DNA from: Candidatus Woesebacteria bacterium
Lineage (GTDB): Bacteria > Patescibacteriota > Microgenomatia > UBA1400 > MFAQ01
Direction: 5' to 3'
NCBI GenBank assembly: GCA_035389185.1
Contig: DAOORK010000001.1
Coordinates: 695,419 to 759,418 of the forward strand
Length of the DNA: 64,000 nt
Of this stretch, positions 1-9,550 are shown piece after piece. The notes beneath the pieces are model-generated. The model was not told where the DNA came from. It did no database searches and saw only the letters and a list, made by a program, of their open reading frames with translations. The position numbers and the translations under genes were made by a program. Numbering within the stretch: the stretch's first letter is position 1; every line of letters begins with the position of its first letter.

Positions 1-168
1 GTGGAAATAAAATCCAGCGATATTGGGAAAATGGTGCTGTCACGCCTTTTGAAACTAGATGACTTGGCTTACATGAGATTTGCCAGTGTTTATTTGGACT
101 TTGCAGATGCCAAGGAATTTCAAGAGTTTGTGGCCGGATCAAAACGATTAACAATCAGTCATCAATAA
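1..168 (+). CDS. nrdR: Transcriptional repressor NrdR, 3' part (runs off window start)
   Basis: Frame 1 translates ...LLKLDDLAYMRFASVYLDF...HQ* (NrdR ATP-cone C-terminal AYxRFASVY motif), directly upstream of an RNR gene. Confidence 0.9.
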   Translation: MEIKSSDIGKMVLSRLLKLDDLAYMRFASVYLDFADAKEFQEFVAGSKRLTISHQ

Positions 169-170
169 AA

Positions 171-2600
171 ATGTCAGTATCATCAACTATCTATCAAAAC
201 ATGAAGAAAAAAGAGGAAAAAATAATCACGGAGAAGTATGAAGAAGTGATTGCCGAGGTTAAAGAAAAAGTAGGTGAAAGACCGACCATGCCGACAGATC
301 TAAAGGCAGGAGAGTGGTCAGATCAGGCAGTAAAGGTGTTGGGTGAAAGATATTTGGATAAGGATGAAAAAGGAGTGGTACGGGAAACCCCTGACGAGTT
401 AATTTGGAGAGTGGCCTTTACGGTTGCAAGTGCGGAAGTAAGATGGGGGGCCTCGATAGAAGAAGTGATTTCTGTAGCAAAACGTTTTTACCGATTGATG
501 AGCGAGAAAAAATTCTTACCCAACTCACCAACATTGATGAATGCAGGAAAAAATAATGGATTGCAGTATTCTGGTTGTTTTGTGTTGCCTGTACCTGATT
601 CTTTGGAAGGTATTTTTGACGCGATCAAATATCAAGCGCTGATTCATCAGTCCGGGGGAGGAACAGGTTTTTCTTTTAGCCGGTTGAGACAGAGGGGGTC
701 GATGGTAAAAAGAAGCAGGGGTGTGGCTAGTGGACCAATTAGTTTTATGAGGGTATTTAACGAAGCGACTCAGCAGATTAAACAAGGTGGAACAAGAAGA
801 GGCGCAAACATGGGAATTTTGCGAGTTGATCATCCGGATGTTAGGGAATTTATTACCTGTAAATTGGATGGAGGCTTAACTAATTTTAATATTTCGGTTG
901 CGGCAACGGATAAATTCATGAAAGCAGTGGCGGATGGTGAAAAGTATGACTTAATTGAACCTCATTCAGGAAATGTAATAAAACAGGAAGATGCTCGAGA
1001 AATCTTTGACATGATTTGTGATTGTGCGTGGAAATCTGGTGATCCAGGTATGATTTTTATTGATCGGGTAAACGCCGGTCCGTCTAACCCTGTACCCTCT
1101 TTGGGACCGGTAGAGAGCACCAATCCTTGTGGAGAACAACCGCTTTACCCCTTTGATGCATGTAATTTGGGCAGTATCTTTTTGAGTTATTTTGTAAAAG
1201 AAGTCAATGGGAAACAGGAAGTTGATTGGGAAGAGTTAAAAGAAGTAGCCGGAGACGCAGTGAGATTCTTGGATAACGTGGTGGAAATTAACCCTTTTCC
1301 GTTGCCTCAAGTTTGGGAAACGGTAAGATCTCTCCGAAGGGTAGGTTTGGGAATAGGCGGATGGGCGGATATGCTTTTTCTTTTGGGCGTGCCTTATAAC
1401 TCGGACGAGGCTTTGGAGTTGGCAAAAAAGATTATGAAAACGATCAACGATGCAGCTCATGAAGCTAGTCGCAAGTTGGCGGAAAAAAGAGGGGCCTTCC
1501 CACTTTGGAAAGAAAGTATTTATAAGGATGAAGCTCCAATTCGAAATGCGGCAATAACCACGATTGCTCCAACGGGATCTATCGGAATTATCGCTAATAC
1601 AAGCGGAGGGTGTGAACCGGTGTTTGCCCTTGCTTACAAGCATATGGTTAAGGATGAATCTTTAAATAGAGAAATGTTCTTTTCGGATCCAGCATTTGAG
1701 AAGGTAGCAAAAAGAGAAGGTTTTTGGAGTGAGAAGCTGGCTAGCAAAGTGGCCGAGATTGGTAATGTCCATGGGATTGATGAAGTACCCGAGAAATGGC
1801 AGAGAGTCTTGGTAACAGCCCATGAGATAACTCCAGAGTGGCACGTAAAGATGCAGGCGGCTTGGCAGAAGAATTTGGATAATGCGGTTAGTAAAACAAT
1901 TAATTTGCCCAATGACTCGGTGGTTGATGATGTAGCCAAAGCATATTTGTCTGCTTATGAACTTGGTTGTATGGGAATTACCATTTACAGAGACGGTTGT
2001 AAGGAGTGGCAAGTGCTTAATGTTGGAACAAAAAATGAAGAAAAGACAGAAGAAGCAGCCTCGAACAGTAAGGAAGTGGCAACCCTTCGAGTGAGGCCAA
2101 ATAAACTACAAGGAAACACCTACAAAATTGATACTCCTGTGGGGACGGCTTTTGTGGTAATCAATTCCGATGAGGAAGGGAATCCGTTTGAAGTATTTAT
2201 AAATGTTGGTAAGGCCGGCACTCACGTAATGGCAGATGCTGAAGCAATTGGTAGGTTGATTTCTTTGTCTCTTAGAGTTCCGTCTGCCTATCCTGCAAAA
2301 GCAGTGGCTGAAGCGATTGCAAAACAGCTCTCGGGTATAGGTGGGGCTGACAGTGTGGGTTTTGGTAATAATCGAGTTAGAAGTTTGGCTGATGGTATCG
2401 CCAAGGTCCTTAAAGACTACTTGAAGACCGACCAGAGTGAGTCTGTGGGGGAGAGTGATCAACCAGAATTATTGGCGACTCAACAGGAGTTACCTCTAAC
2501 AACGAAAAAAGGAGACCTTTGTCCTGAGTGCGGGCAAGCAACATTAGTGTTGGAGGAAGGCTGTCAGAAATGTTACTCTTGCGGTGCAAGTAAGTGCTGA
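171..2600 (+). CDS. nrdJ: Class II (adenosylcobalamin-dependent) ribonucleotide reductase with C-terminal TSCPD/Zn-ribbon
   Basis: PNSPTLMNAG, SGCFV, GGGTG, TNPCGEQPL, CNLGS, APTG motifs; C-terminal CPECG...CYSCG. Confidence 0.95.
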   Translation: MSVSSTIYQNMKKKEEKIITEKYEEVIAEVKEKVGERPTMPTDLKAGEWSDQAVKVLGERYLDKDEKGVVRETPDELIWRVAFTVASAEVRWGASIEEVISVAKRFYRLMSEKKFLPNSPTLMNAGKNNGLQYSGCFVLPVPDSLEGIFDAIKYQALIHQSGGGTGFSFSRLRQRGSMVKRSRGVASGPISFMRVFNEATQQIKQGGTRRGANMGILRVDHPDVREFITCKLDGGLTNFNISVAATDKFMKAVADGEKYDLIEPHSGNVIKQEDAREIFDMICDCAWKSGDPGMIFIDRVNAGPSNPVPSLGPVESTNPCGEQPLYPFDACNLGSIFLSYFVKEVNGKQEVDWEELKEVAGDAVRFLDNVVEINPFPLPQVWETVRSLRRVGLGIGGWADMLFLLGVPYNSDEALELAKKIMKTINDAAHEASRKLAEKRGAFPLWKESIYKDEAPIRNAAITTIAPTGSIGIIANTSGGCEPVFALAYKHMVKDESLNREMFFSDPAFEKVAKREGFWSEKLASKVAEIGNVHGIDEVPEKWQRVLVTAHEITPEWHVKMQAAWQKNLDNAVSKTINLPNDSVVDDVAKAYLSAYELGCMGITIYRDGCKEWQVLNVGTKNEEKTEEAASNSKEVATLRVRPNKLQGNTYKIDTPVGTAFVVINSDEEGNPFEVFINVGKAGTHVMADAEAIGRLISLSLRVPSAYPAKAVAEAIAKQLSGIGGADSVGFGNNRVRSLADGIAKVLKDYLKTDQSESVGESDQPELLATQQELPLTTKKGDLCPECGQATLVLEEGCQKCYSCGASKC

Positions 2601-2889
2601 TGTTATTGGACCGATTGTGATATAGTTTGATAATATTAACTCGAGTGTTGACAAGCATATAAAAGTAGTATTTAATGATATTAGGTAATTGTGATTACTA
2701 TCAGTCTTTTGTTGACATTGCTAATAGGTGGTTCTGTGGTTCTTTTTCCTTGATATCAATCTTTTTCGTATTTTTTCTTGGCTACTCTGATGGTTGTTTT
2801 AGCTGTTACGCATTGACAGTGCCTAGACATTATAGTTTTCGCTATATTTAAGAAGTTGAGAAGATGATTTTGATTAAAATAAGATAAAA

Positions 2890-3453
2890 ATGAGAATAAA
2901 AAAGATGAAGCAGGGATTAGTATATATATTTGAAGGAAACGGGAAGGGAAAAACAAGTGCTGCTTTGGGGACGGCAATGCGAATGTTACTTTTGGGAAAA
3001 AATGTGGTTTGGATTTCTTGGTATAAAGAAAAGTCTTGGAAAATGGCAGAGATGAGTCTTTCAAAAAAGTTCAAAAATAATTTAGAGATGTATTGGAAGG
3101 GAAACGGGTTTTTTGGTGGCCCAAATGATCACGATACCCTAGACGGGCATAGAAAGGCGGCTAAATCAGCCCTTTTACTGGCAAAGAATTGTTTGGTTAA
3201 AAAAGAAGGGGGGAGGGGTATCAAGCCTGATTTACTGGTTTTGGATGAAATAATCAAAGCAGAAAATGATGGACTTTTAAAGATAGAAGAAATTTTAGAT
3301 TTAATCAAGATGAGAGGAGGTACTCATTTATTACTTACCGGACACTGTGCTTCTGAAAAGATAATTGAGGCGGCGGACTTGGTTACTTTGATGACCAAAG
3401 TTAAACATCCATACGATAAAGGAGTTTTGGCCGTTCGAGGATTGGATTTTTAA
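2890..3453 (+). CDS. btuR: Cob(I)alamin adenosyltransferase (BtuR/CobO/CobA type)
   Basis: GNGKGKTSAALG P-loop, LLVLDEI, ADLVT...KHPY...GLDF C-terminus. Confidence 0.9.
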   Translation: MRIKKMKQGLVYIFEGNGKGKTSAALGTAMRMLLLGKNVVWISWYKEKSWKMAEMSLSKKFKNNLEMYWKGNGFFGGPNDHDTLDGHRKAAKSALLLAKNCLVKKEGGRGIKPDLLVLDEIIKAENDGLLKIEEILDLIKMRGGTHLLLTGHCASEKIIEAADLVTLMTKVKHPYDKGVLAVRGLDF

Positions 3454-3467
3454 GGTATAGTTAAAGT

Positions 3468-3833
3468 ATGCCTGCCGTAGGTAAGGAAATAGAGCGTCCA
3501 ATTTCACAAGAGACAGTTGTTCAACCTGTTGAACAATCTTCTTATGTGGAAAAAGTTGAAAAACAGGTTGAGACTCAACAACAGGCGAATATTCAACCTC
3601 AACAGCCGAAAAAGACGAGTCTGAATACAGATGATATGGGTAAGGTCGTTTCGGCCCAGTTTGCGGTTCAAACAAAGCCACAAATAACACTTCCTTTGAA
3701 TCAGCAACAAATGAACGCTGGATTGCATCAGGGAGTATGGAAGGGCATTCGATGGGCATCTGAATGGTGTTTGATGATGATTAAAAAATATCCAGGGAGA
3801 GTATTTTATCTTTCTCCCGAAACTGAGCAATGA
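3468..3833 (+). CDS. Hypothetical protein (Q-rich, conserved-looking RWxSEWC C-terminus), coupled to the downstream ATPase
   Basis: 121-aa ORF with TATAGT 6 nt before the ATG; ATGA overlap with next gene. Confidence 0.75.
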   Translation: MPAVGKEIERPISQETVVQPVEQSSYVEKVEKQVETQQQANIQPQQPKKTSLNTDDMGKVVSAQFAVQTKPQITLPLNQQQMNAGLHQGVWKGIRWASEWCLMMIKKYPGRVFYLSPETEQ

Positions 3834-6151
3834 CTAACGTAAATAACATTGTCGGATACATGGTAGTTTTGATTTTGGGGTTGGCGATAGTGATTGCTTT
3901 ATTGATTGTTTGTTGGATGGGTTTTGTGATTTGGCTTCGAAACAGAAATCGAGAAGACGTTAGTATGAATTTTGTGTTGTTGGAGATAGCTGTTCCAAAA
4001 GACAACGAAGTAAAAATTGATGCCGTGGAACAGATGTTTTCGTCGTTGTTTTCGGTGAAAAAAGGAGGTTGGGGTCAAAGATTCAAGTCCCAACAACACC
4101 TATCTTTGGAAATTGTCGCCAAGAAAGAAGACATCAGATTTTATATTTCCTGTCACAAAAATACGGCTGAGCTGGTGGAAAAACTGATTGCAGGAACATA
4201 TTCTGGAGTACAGGTTAAGCAGGTTGATGAATATAATGTTTTTTATAAAGAAGCGGCGGTTGATTTTGCCGAACTATCTTTGAAAAATCCCAGTTTTAAG
4301 CCAATAAAAACATACAAAGAATTGCCAATGGATCCTTTATCGGAGATCACAGCTTCGATGGCTAAGTTTGGAGACAACGAATCAGCGATTGTCCAGATTA
4401 TTATTTCCCCGGCTGAGTCTTCGTGGAGCAAAATGGGGCATGGTTTTGTGTCAAAACTGAAAAAAGATGAGTCGAATCCCGAAAAAGCGAAGTTTTCGAT
4501 GAATCCACAAGAGATGGAAGCAATTACTAATAAATGTAACAAGCCTGGTTTCCTAACGAGTGTGAGAATCGTCTGCGTAGCACCAAATGAAGTGGCGGCA
4601 AAATCAAACCTATCAAATTTGAAAAGTACGTTTTCACAGTTTACCGGCAGTCAAAATGGTTTCTCAGGGAAAAAACTGCATTGGAAACAGATGTTTATGA
4701 CAGACTTTATTTACCGATACCAAAATTTGTGGGGAAATAATTCGGTGTTATCGACAGAGGAAATAGCGACAATCTGGCATTTACCAAACAAAACGATAGA
4801 TACACCTCATATATACTGGTTAACGGCAAAATCGGCACCGGCAACAGGAGGTTTCCCTGATAACGGCCTGTGGCTTGGCCGATCAATTTACCGAGGGCAG
4901 GAACGAAATATCTATATGAGTGATCGTGATAGGATGCGCCACATGTACATCATCGGAAGAACCGGTACCGGAAAAACAGAACTTTTGAAATCAATGATTA
5001 TTCAGGATATGAGAGCGGGCAGAGGACTATGCTTCTTGGAACCTCACGGTGAAGGTATCGAAGAGTTAATGGAGCTGGTTCCTCCGGAGAGAGCGGAAGA
5101 TGTAATCTTTTTTGATCCATCCGACCAAGAAAGACCGATTGGTTTTAATTTGTTGGAAGTAAATAACTACGATGAGATGTATCAGGTGGCTTCTTCGATC
5201 ATTAACTTAATGTATAAACTGTTTGATCCACACCGTACGGGTATGGTTGGGGCTCGATTTGAACACGCTGTGAGGAACGCAATGCTGACTGTAGCGGTAG
5301 TTCCAGGAGCAACATTTATTGAGGTAAACCGTGTTTTGACCGATCAAAAATACGTTCAAGAGATTTTGCCTTTAGTAAAAGATCCAATTGTAAGACGTTA
5401 CTGGACTGATCAGATTGCCCAAACATCGGACTTCCATAAGAGTGAGACTCTCGACTATATCTCATCAAAATTTGGCCGATTTGTGACTAATAAAATGATT
5501 CGTAATATTATTGGACAGTCGAAGAGTACTCTAAATTTCCGACAAGCAATGGACACCGGGAAGATTGTATTTTTGAAACTGGCAAAGGGACTTTTGGGAG
5601 AAGAGGATGCAAGCTTCTTGGGACTTATTTTGATTCCAAAGATACTAGCTGCTGCACTATCTCGACAAGATATTCCCAAAGAACAAAGACGCCCCTTTAA
5701 CCTGTATGTGGATGAGTTTCAAAACTTTGCTACTCCTGACTTTGCTCAGATGCTATCCGAGGTACGTAAATACGGCGTATCGCTCACTCTTGCTAACCAA
5801 TTTGTGAGCCAGCTGGACGAGCAAGTGCGTGACGCAATTTTTGGCAATGTGGGTACCTTGATGTCTTACCGTGTGGGTATGCAGGACGCGGCTATTCTAG
5901 CCAAAGAGTTTGAGCCTGCTTTTAATGAAGCAGACTTGTCTAATGTTCCTGCCCGTGTGGTTTACACGAAAACAATTGTCAATGAAACGCCGGTTCCACC
6001 ATTCTCTATGAATGTGGAACGTGATCTGAAGTCGGAAAAGGCCCAAGGAAGTCCTGAGGTATCGAGAATGATCAAAGAATTGTCAAGATTGAAGTATGGT
6101 AGAGATGTTGTTGAGGTAGATGAAGAAATTGAGAATCGAAGTAAACTTTAG
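3830..6151 (+). CDS. Membrane-anchored VirB4/TraD (type IV coupling)/HerA-like P-loop ATPase
   Basis: N-terminal TM helix; RHMYIIGRTGTGKT Walker A; LYVDEFQNF Walker B; EVRKYG..LANQ motif. Confidence 0.85.
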   Translation: MTNVNNIVGYMVVLILGLAIVIALLIVCWMGFVIWLRNRNREDVSMNFVLLEIAVPKDNEVKIDAVEQMFSSLFSVKKGGWGQRFKSQQHLSLEIVAKKEDIRFYISCHKNTAELVEKLIAGTYSGVQVKQVDEYNVFYKEAAVDFAELSLKNPSFKPIKTYKELPMDPLSEITASMAKFGDNESAIVQIIISPAESSWSKMGHGFVSKLKKDESNPEKAKFSMNPQEMEAITNKCNKPGFLTSVRIVCVAPNEVAAKSNLSNLKSTFSQFTGSQNGFSGKKLHWKQMFMTDFIYRYQNLWGNNSVLSTEEIATIWHLPNKTIDTPHIYWLTAKSAPATGGFPDNGLWLGRSIYRGQERNIYMSDRDRMRHMYIIGRTGTGKTELLKSMIIQDMRAGRGLCFLEPHGEGIEELMELVPPERAEDVIFFDPSDQERPIGFNLLEVNNYDEMYQVASSIINLMYKLFDPHRTGMVGARFEHAVRNAMLTVAVVPGATFIEVNRVLTDQKYVQEILPLVKDPIVRRYWTDQIAQTSDFHKSETLDYISSKFGRFVTNKMIRNIIGQSKSTLNFRQAMDTGKIVFLKLAKGLLGEEDASFLGLILIPKILAAALSRQDIPKEQRRPFNLYVDEFQNFATPDFAQMLSEVRKYGVSLTLANQFVSQLDEQVRDAIFGNVGTLMSYRVGMQDAAILAKEFEPAFNEADLSNVPARVVYTKTIVNETPVPPFSMNVERDLKSEKAQGSPEVSRMIKELSRLKYGRDVVEVDEEIENRSKL

Positions 6152-6177
6152 CCTTGAGTGGTAAAATATTGCAGATT

Positions 6178-6251
6178 GGGCCGATAGCTCAGCTGGTTAG
6201 AGCGCGAAGCTTATACCTTCGATGTCCCAGGTCCGAATCCTGGTCGGCCCA
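6178..6251 (+). tRNA. tRNA-Ile (anticodon UAU)
   Basis: Cloverleaf GGGCCGA/TCGGCCC acceptor, GCTC/GAGC D-stem, CGAAG-CTTATAC-CTTCG anticodon arm, CCAGG-TCCGAAT-CCTGG T-arm, A73; TGGTAAAAT promoter upstream. Confidence 0.92.
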
Positions 6252-6255
6252 CATA

Positions 6256-6618
6256 ATGAAGAAAAAACTAAAAGAAAAAAATAAGTGCGATAAAATCCTG
6301 AGGTTGGCACAGCCTGACGAGGAACTGGAAGATAAAACTGTGGCCGGTGCTTGGTCTTCAGAAATGGCGATTACGGGGAATATGAATCTCGGTAAAAACG
6401 GAAACCCAGTGACAATCTTGGTTGAGGATGAAGTAACTGGTGAACAACTGGAGCTTTCCGGAGTTAAAAATGCGTTTTTAATTATTGAAGATACAAGAAG
6501 GACAACTTCGGGTTGGTTAGCGGCGGCGATTGGGTCAGTGGAAAAAATGGGAGAGGTGTTGGGATTTTTGTCCCAGACAACACTAGAAACATTAAAAAAG
6601 CTAGTCAATAGAGACTAG
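6256..6618 (+). CDS. Hypothetical protein (start moved downstream of the tRNA; true start may be later still)
   Basis: ORF 6154..6618 overlaps the tRNA; first in-frame ATG after it is 6256. Confidence 0.65.
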   Translation: MKKKLKEKNKCDKILRLAQPDEELEDKTVAGAWSSEMAITGNMNLGKNGNPVTILVEDEVTGEQLELSGVKNAFLIIEDTRRTTSGWLAAAIGSVEKMGEVLGFLSQTTLETLKKLVNRD

Positions 6619-6643
6619 CTTCTTTAATTAATTAAAGTGACTT

Positions 6644-7519
6644 TTAAAGGTCGATAAGTTTTGGCTTATCCTTAGCAGGTTTTTCAGAAATGAACTCTAA
6701 ATATTTTTCAGTGGTAGACAATCTTTTGTGTCCAACTAACTTACTGATGTAGACTAGGGGACTACCGGAAGTGAGCTGTTGAGCGATGAAAGTGTGTCTT
6801 AAGTCATTTACTTTAGCGTTTTCGATTCCGGCGATGTGGAAGTATCTGTCAAGGTTGGAACGGATGTTTCTGATCAAGAAAGGATTACCTGTCTTGGTGA
6901 TAAAAACAGAAGTGTTACCGCTCTTGGGACGAATATCGAGATATTTAACCAAAGATTCTTTGGTAGGTTGATTGAGAGGAACCATACGTTCTGGGTGAGA
7001 TTCGTAAGCACGGATAGTGATTTGGTTAGTGTTTAGATCGACATCGCCGATTTTGAGGTTGGCCAGTTCTGAGATACGCATACCGGTTTGGAGAAGAAGT
7101 TCAACGATAGCGGCCATACGTAGATCATCACGACAGGCGTCGCGAAGAGCACGGTACTCGATTTTGTTGAGGATGCGAGGAGGTTTGATGTCGTATTTTG
7201 GGTGAGTAACGTTGGTAGCTGGGTTTTCAGAAATAGCACCATTGGCCATGACATAAGCGAAGAAAGATTTGATGGAATTGATCTTTCTGGAAATGGATTT
7301 GGTGGTGTAGTTAGTGGTGGAAAGATCTTCTTTGAAAGCATCAATATCGGCTGTGGTAACGTCAGACAGGTTGTTTTTGTCAGATTTTGCGACAAAGTTA
7401 GCTAATTGCTCAATATCCTTGGAGTAGGCAAGAATGGTAGCAGAAGCTCTGCCTTGTGAGGCTAAATGGCTTTTGAAGGCAGAAATTGCCTGTTTGATGT
7501 TTTGGTCTATTTGTTCCAT
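6644..7519 (-). CDS. XerC/XerD-family tyrosine recombinase
   Basis: SAM-like N-terminus, LQTGMRISEL, DLRHTF, LVGH..LSTTEKY catalytic motifs. Confidence 0.9.
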   Translation of the reverse strand: MEQIDQNIKQAISAFKSHLASQGRASATILAYSKDIEQLANFVAKSDKNNLSDVTTADIDAFKEDLSTTNYTTKSISRKINSIKSFFAYVMANGAISENPATNVTHPKYDIKPPRILNKIEYRALRDACRDDLRMAAIVELLLQTGMRISELANLKIGDVDLNTNQITIRAYESHPERMVPLNQPTKESLVKYLDIRPKSGNTSVFITKTGNPFLIRNIRSNLDRYFHIAGIENAKVNDLRHTFIAQQLTSGSPLVYISKLVGHKRLSTTEKYLEFISEKPAKDKPKLIDL

Positions 7520-7571
7520 AATTAGTTAGGAATTATTTATGGCACTTATTATAACACTCTAGGTTTATAAA

Positions 7572-7952
7572 ATGCAAGCCCCTATTATAAAGGAAAATTA
7601 TAAAGATAAAAAAGGTTGGGTTAGGGCGATTTTTTTGATGATTGCATGGGTTGTCATTATCTCGCTTGTTAAGGACTTGTGGCAGATAAAAAAAGGCTTT
7701 GTTCGAGTTGAAGAATCAAAACAAAGATTAGCCGAAGTCGAAGGTGAGAACCGGGAGTTAAAAAATAAACTAGAGATGGTAACGACCGAGGAGTATCAGG
7801 AGTATTTGATCAGAGAACAGCTAAATATGCATAAAACAGGAGAAGTAATTGCGGTGTTACCAAAAGGGAAAATGGCCGGAGATACCGTGGCTACAGAGTC
7901 TGGAGAGCCAAAAACAAAGAATTGGGAGAAGTGGTGGTCACTTCTCAAATAG
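7572..7952 (+). CDS. Septum formation initiator (FtsB/DivIC family)
   Basis: Single TM helix, then coiled coil and IREQLNMHKTGEV motif. Confidence 0.75.
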   Translation: MQAPIIKENYKDKKGWVRAIFLMIAWVVIISLVKDLWQIKKGFVRVEESKQRLAEVEGENRELKNKLEMVTTEEYQEYLIREQLNMHKTGEVIAVLPKGKMAGDTVATESGEPKTKNWEKWWSLLK

Positions 7953-8025
7953 TTGCGGGGCCGGGGTTTCGATCCCCGGTTAAGCGAGATTATGAGCCTC
8001 GCAAGATACCTACCTTCCCCCCGCA
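7953..8025 (-). tRNA. tRNA-Met (CAU), probable initiator, atypical structure
   Basis: Reverse complement TGCGGGG/CCCCGCA acceptor (fMet-like), CGAGG-CTCATAA-TCTCG anticodon arm, CCGGGG-ATCGAAA-CCCCGG T-arm; TGCTAGAAT promoter upstream on minus strand. Confidence 0.8.
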
Positions 8026-8094
8026 TGGGGCGAACAGACGTATTCTAGCATGATCGTGCGTATTTGGCAATTATTTGGTAAAATACTTCAGCTT

Positions 8095-8168
8095 GGCAAG
8101 GTAGCTCAAATGGTTAGAGCGGCGGATTCATAAACCGCAGGTAGTGGGTTCGATCCCCACCCTTGCTA
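8095..8168 (+). tRNA. tRNA-Met (CAU), probable elongator
   Basis: GGCAAGG/CCTTGCT acceptor, GCGGA-TTCATAA-ACCGC anticodon arm, GTGGG-TTCGATC-CCCAC T-arm. Confidence 0.9.
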
Positions 8169-8202
8169 CTTTTTTGTATCAGAACTGAGGTAAAATCGAA
8201 GA

Positions 8203-9201
8203 ATGAAGAAAAGAATATTAACCGGAGATCGACCAAGCGGCAGATTGCATTTGGGGCATTATGTTGGATCTTTGGAAAATAGGGTTAAGTTGCAAGATGA
8301 ATACGAGCAATTTATTTTGATTGCCGATGTACAAGCACTGACCGACAATTTTACTAATCCCCAAATCGTGGCTGATTCCGTAAAAGAACTGGTACTTGAT
8401 TATGTAGCGGCTGGTATTGACCCGGCAAAAAATACTATTGTGGTGCAGTCGAAGATGCCTGCTATTGCCGAACTGACAGTTTTCTATATGAATTTGGTGA
8501 GTTTGAATAGAGTTTTGAGAAATCCAACTGTGAAATCGGAGATTGAACAAAAAGGAATGGGTGAGTCTGTGCCTGCCGGTTTTGCCATGTACCCCGTTTC
8601 TCAGGCTGCCGATATTACGGCATTTGCGGCTGATTTGGTGCCTGTAGGCGATGATCAGTTACCGATGATTGAGCAAACCAGAGAAATTGTCAGAAAATTT
8701 AATTCCTTGTATGGTGAGATCCTAAAGGAACCGGAAGCATTATTGGGTGAGTATCCTCGTCTTGTAGGGCTGGACGGAAAAGCAAAAATGAGTAAAAGCC
8801 TTGGCAACTGCATATTTTTGTCCGACTCTGCAGAAGAAGTACAGAAAAAAGTAATGAGTATGTATACCGATCCGACGAGACTGAAACCAACCGACCCCGG
8901 AACAGTAGAAGGAAATCCGGTTTTTGTCTATCATGAGGCTTTTAATCCAAACAAAGAAGAAGTCGAAGATTTAAAAGCTCGATATCGAGCCGGAACGGTA
9001 GGTGACGTTGAAGTAAAACAAAAATTAATTGTGGCCATTAATAACTTATTGGAACCAATGAGAAAGAGAAGAGCCGAACTGGAAAGTAATCCAGAGAAAA
9101 TTGAGGCTATTTTGAGGGAGGGGGCGGAAAAGGGAAGAATGGTTTCCGGTGAAGTCTTATCGAGTGTTAAAAAGGCCATGAAGATTAACTATAATTTTTG
9201 A
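8203..9201 (+). CDS. trpS: Tryptophan--tRNA ligase
   Basis: [13 protein letters not shown] (HIGH), [21 protein letters not shown]. Confidence 0.96.
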   Translation: MKKRILTGDRPSGRLHLGHYVGSLENRVKLQDEYEQFILIADVQALTDNFTNPQIVADSVKELVLDYVAAGIDPAKNTIVVQSKMPAIAELTVFYMNLVSLNRVLRNPTVKSEIEQKGMGESVPAGFAMYPVSQAADITAFAADLVPVGDDQLPMIEQTREIVRKFNSLYGEILKEPEALLGEYPRLVGLDGKAKMSKSLGNCIFLSDSAEEVQKKVMSMYTDPTRLKPTDPGTVEGNPVFVYHEAFNPNKEEVEDLKARYRAGTVGDVEVKQKLIVAINNLLEPMRKRRAELESNPEKIEAILREGAEKGRMVSGEVLSSVKKAMKINYNF

Positions 9202-9202
9202 A

Positions 9203-9538
9203 ATGAAAGATTTAATCAATTACGCAGATTTTGAAAAACTAGATATTAGAGCTGGGAAGGTAATGGCCGCTTCGGCTCCTGAATGGAGCGAGAAGCTAAT
9301 TCGTTATGAGATTGATCTTGGGGACGAGATAGGGAAGAAAGTCCTTTTTAGCGGTATCAGAAAGTGGTACAACCCTGATGATTTGATAGGGAAGACACTT
9401 CCGGTAATAATAAACATGGAGCCAAAGAAAATGGGTGATGAAGAGAGTAGTGGAATGGTAATTATGGCGGATGCGGAAGAGGGGCCAAAACTTTTATTTT
9501 TGGATGAAACAATAATGCCTGGAACGGTGATAAGATAG
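9203..9538 (+). CDS. Stand-alone tRNA-binding OB-fold protein (Trbp111/CsaA/MetRS C-terminal domain)
   Basis: DFEKLDIRAGKV...SEKL...SGI...NMEPKKMG.ESSGMV. Confidence 0.85.
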   Translation: MKDLINYADFEKLDIRAGKVMAASAPEWSEKLIRYEIDLGDEIGKKVLFSGIRKWYNPDDLIGKTLPVIINMEPKKMGDEESSGMVIMADAEEGPKLLFLDETIMPGTVIR

Positions 9539-9550
9539 TTCGATAAATAT

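Noticed and set aside
171-2600. Intein in NrdJ
   Set aside because: Length and motif spacing are normal; no intein termini seen.
2601-2889. Cobalamin riboswitch or small peptide (GTG 2691..2753, MITISLLLTLLIGGSVVLFP) upstream of btuR
   Set aside because: No B12-box or conserved core recognisable; the peptide has no support beyond hydrophobicity in T-rich DNA.
6154-6255. N-terminal extension of ORF 6154..6618
   Set aside because: It is a translation of the tRNA-Ile gene.
6178-8168. Integrative element (recombinase flanked by tRNAs)
   Set aside because: No duplicated tRNA 3' end (attL/attR) or cargo seen; the enzyme looks like a chromosomal Xer-type recombinase.
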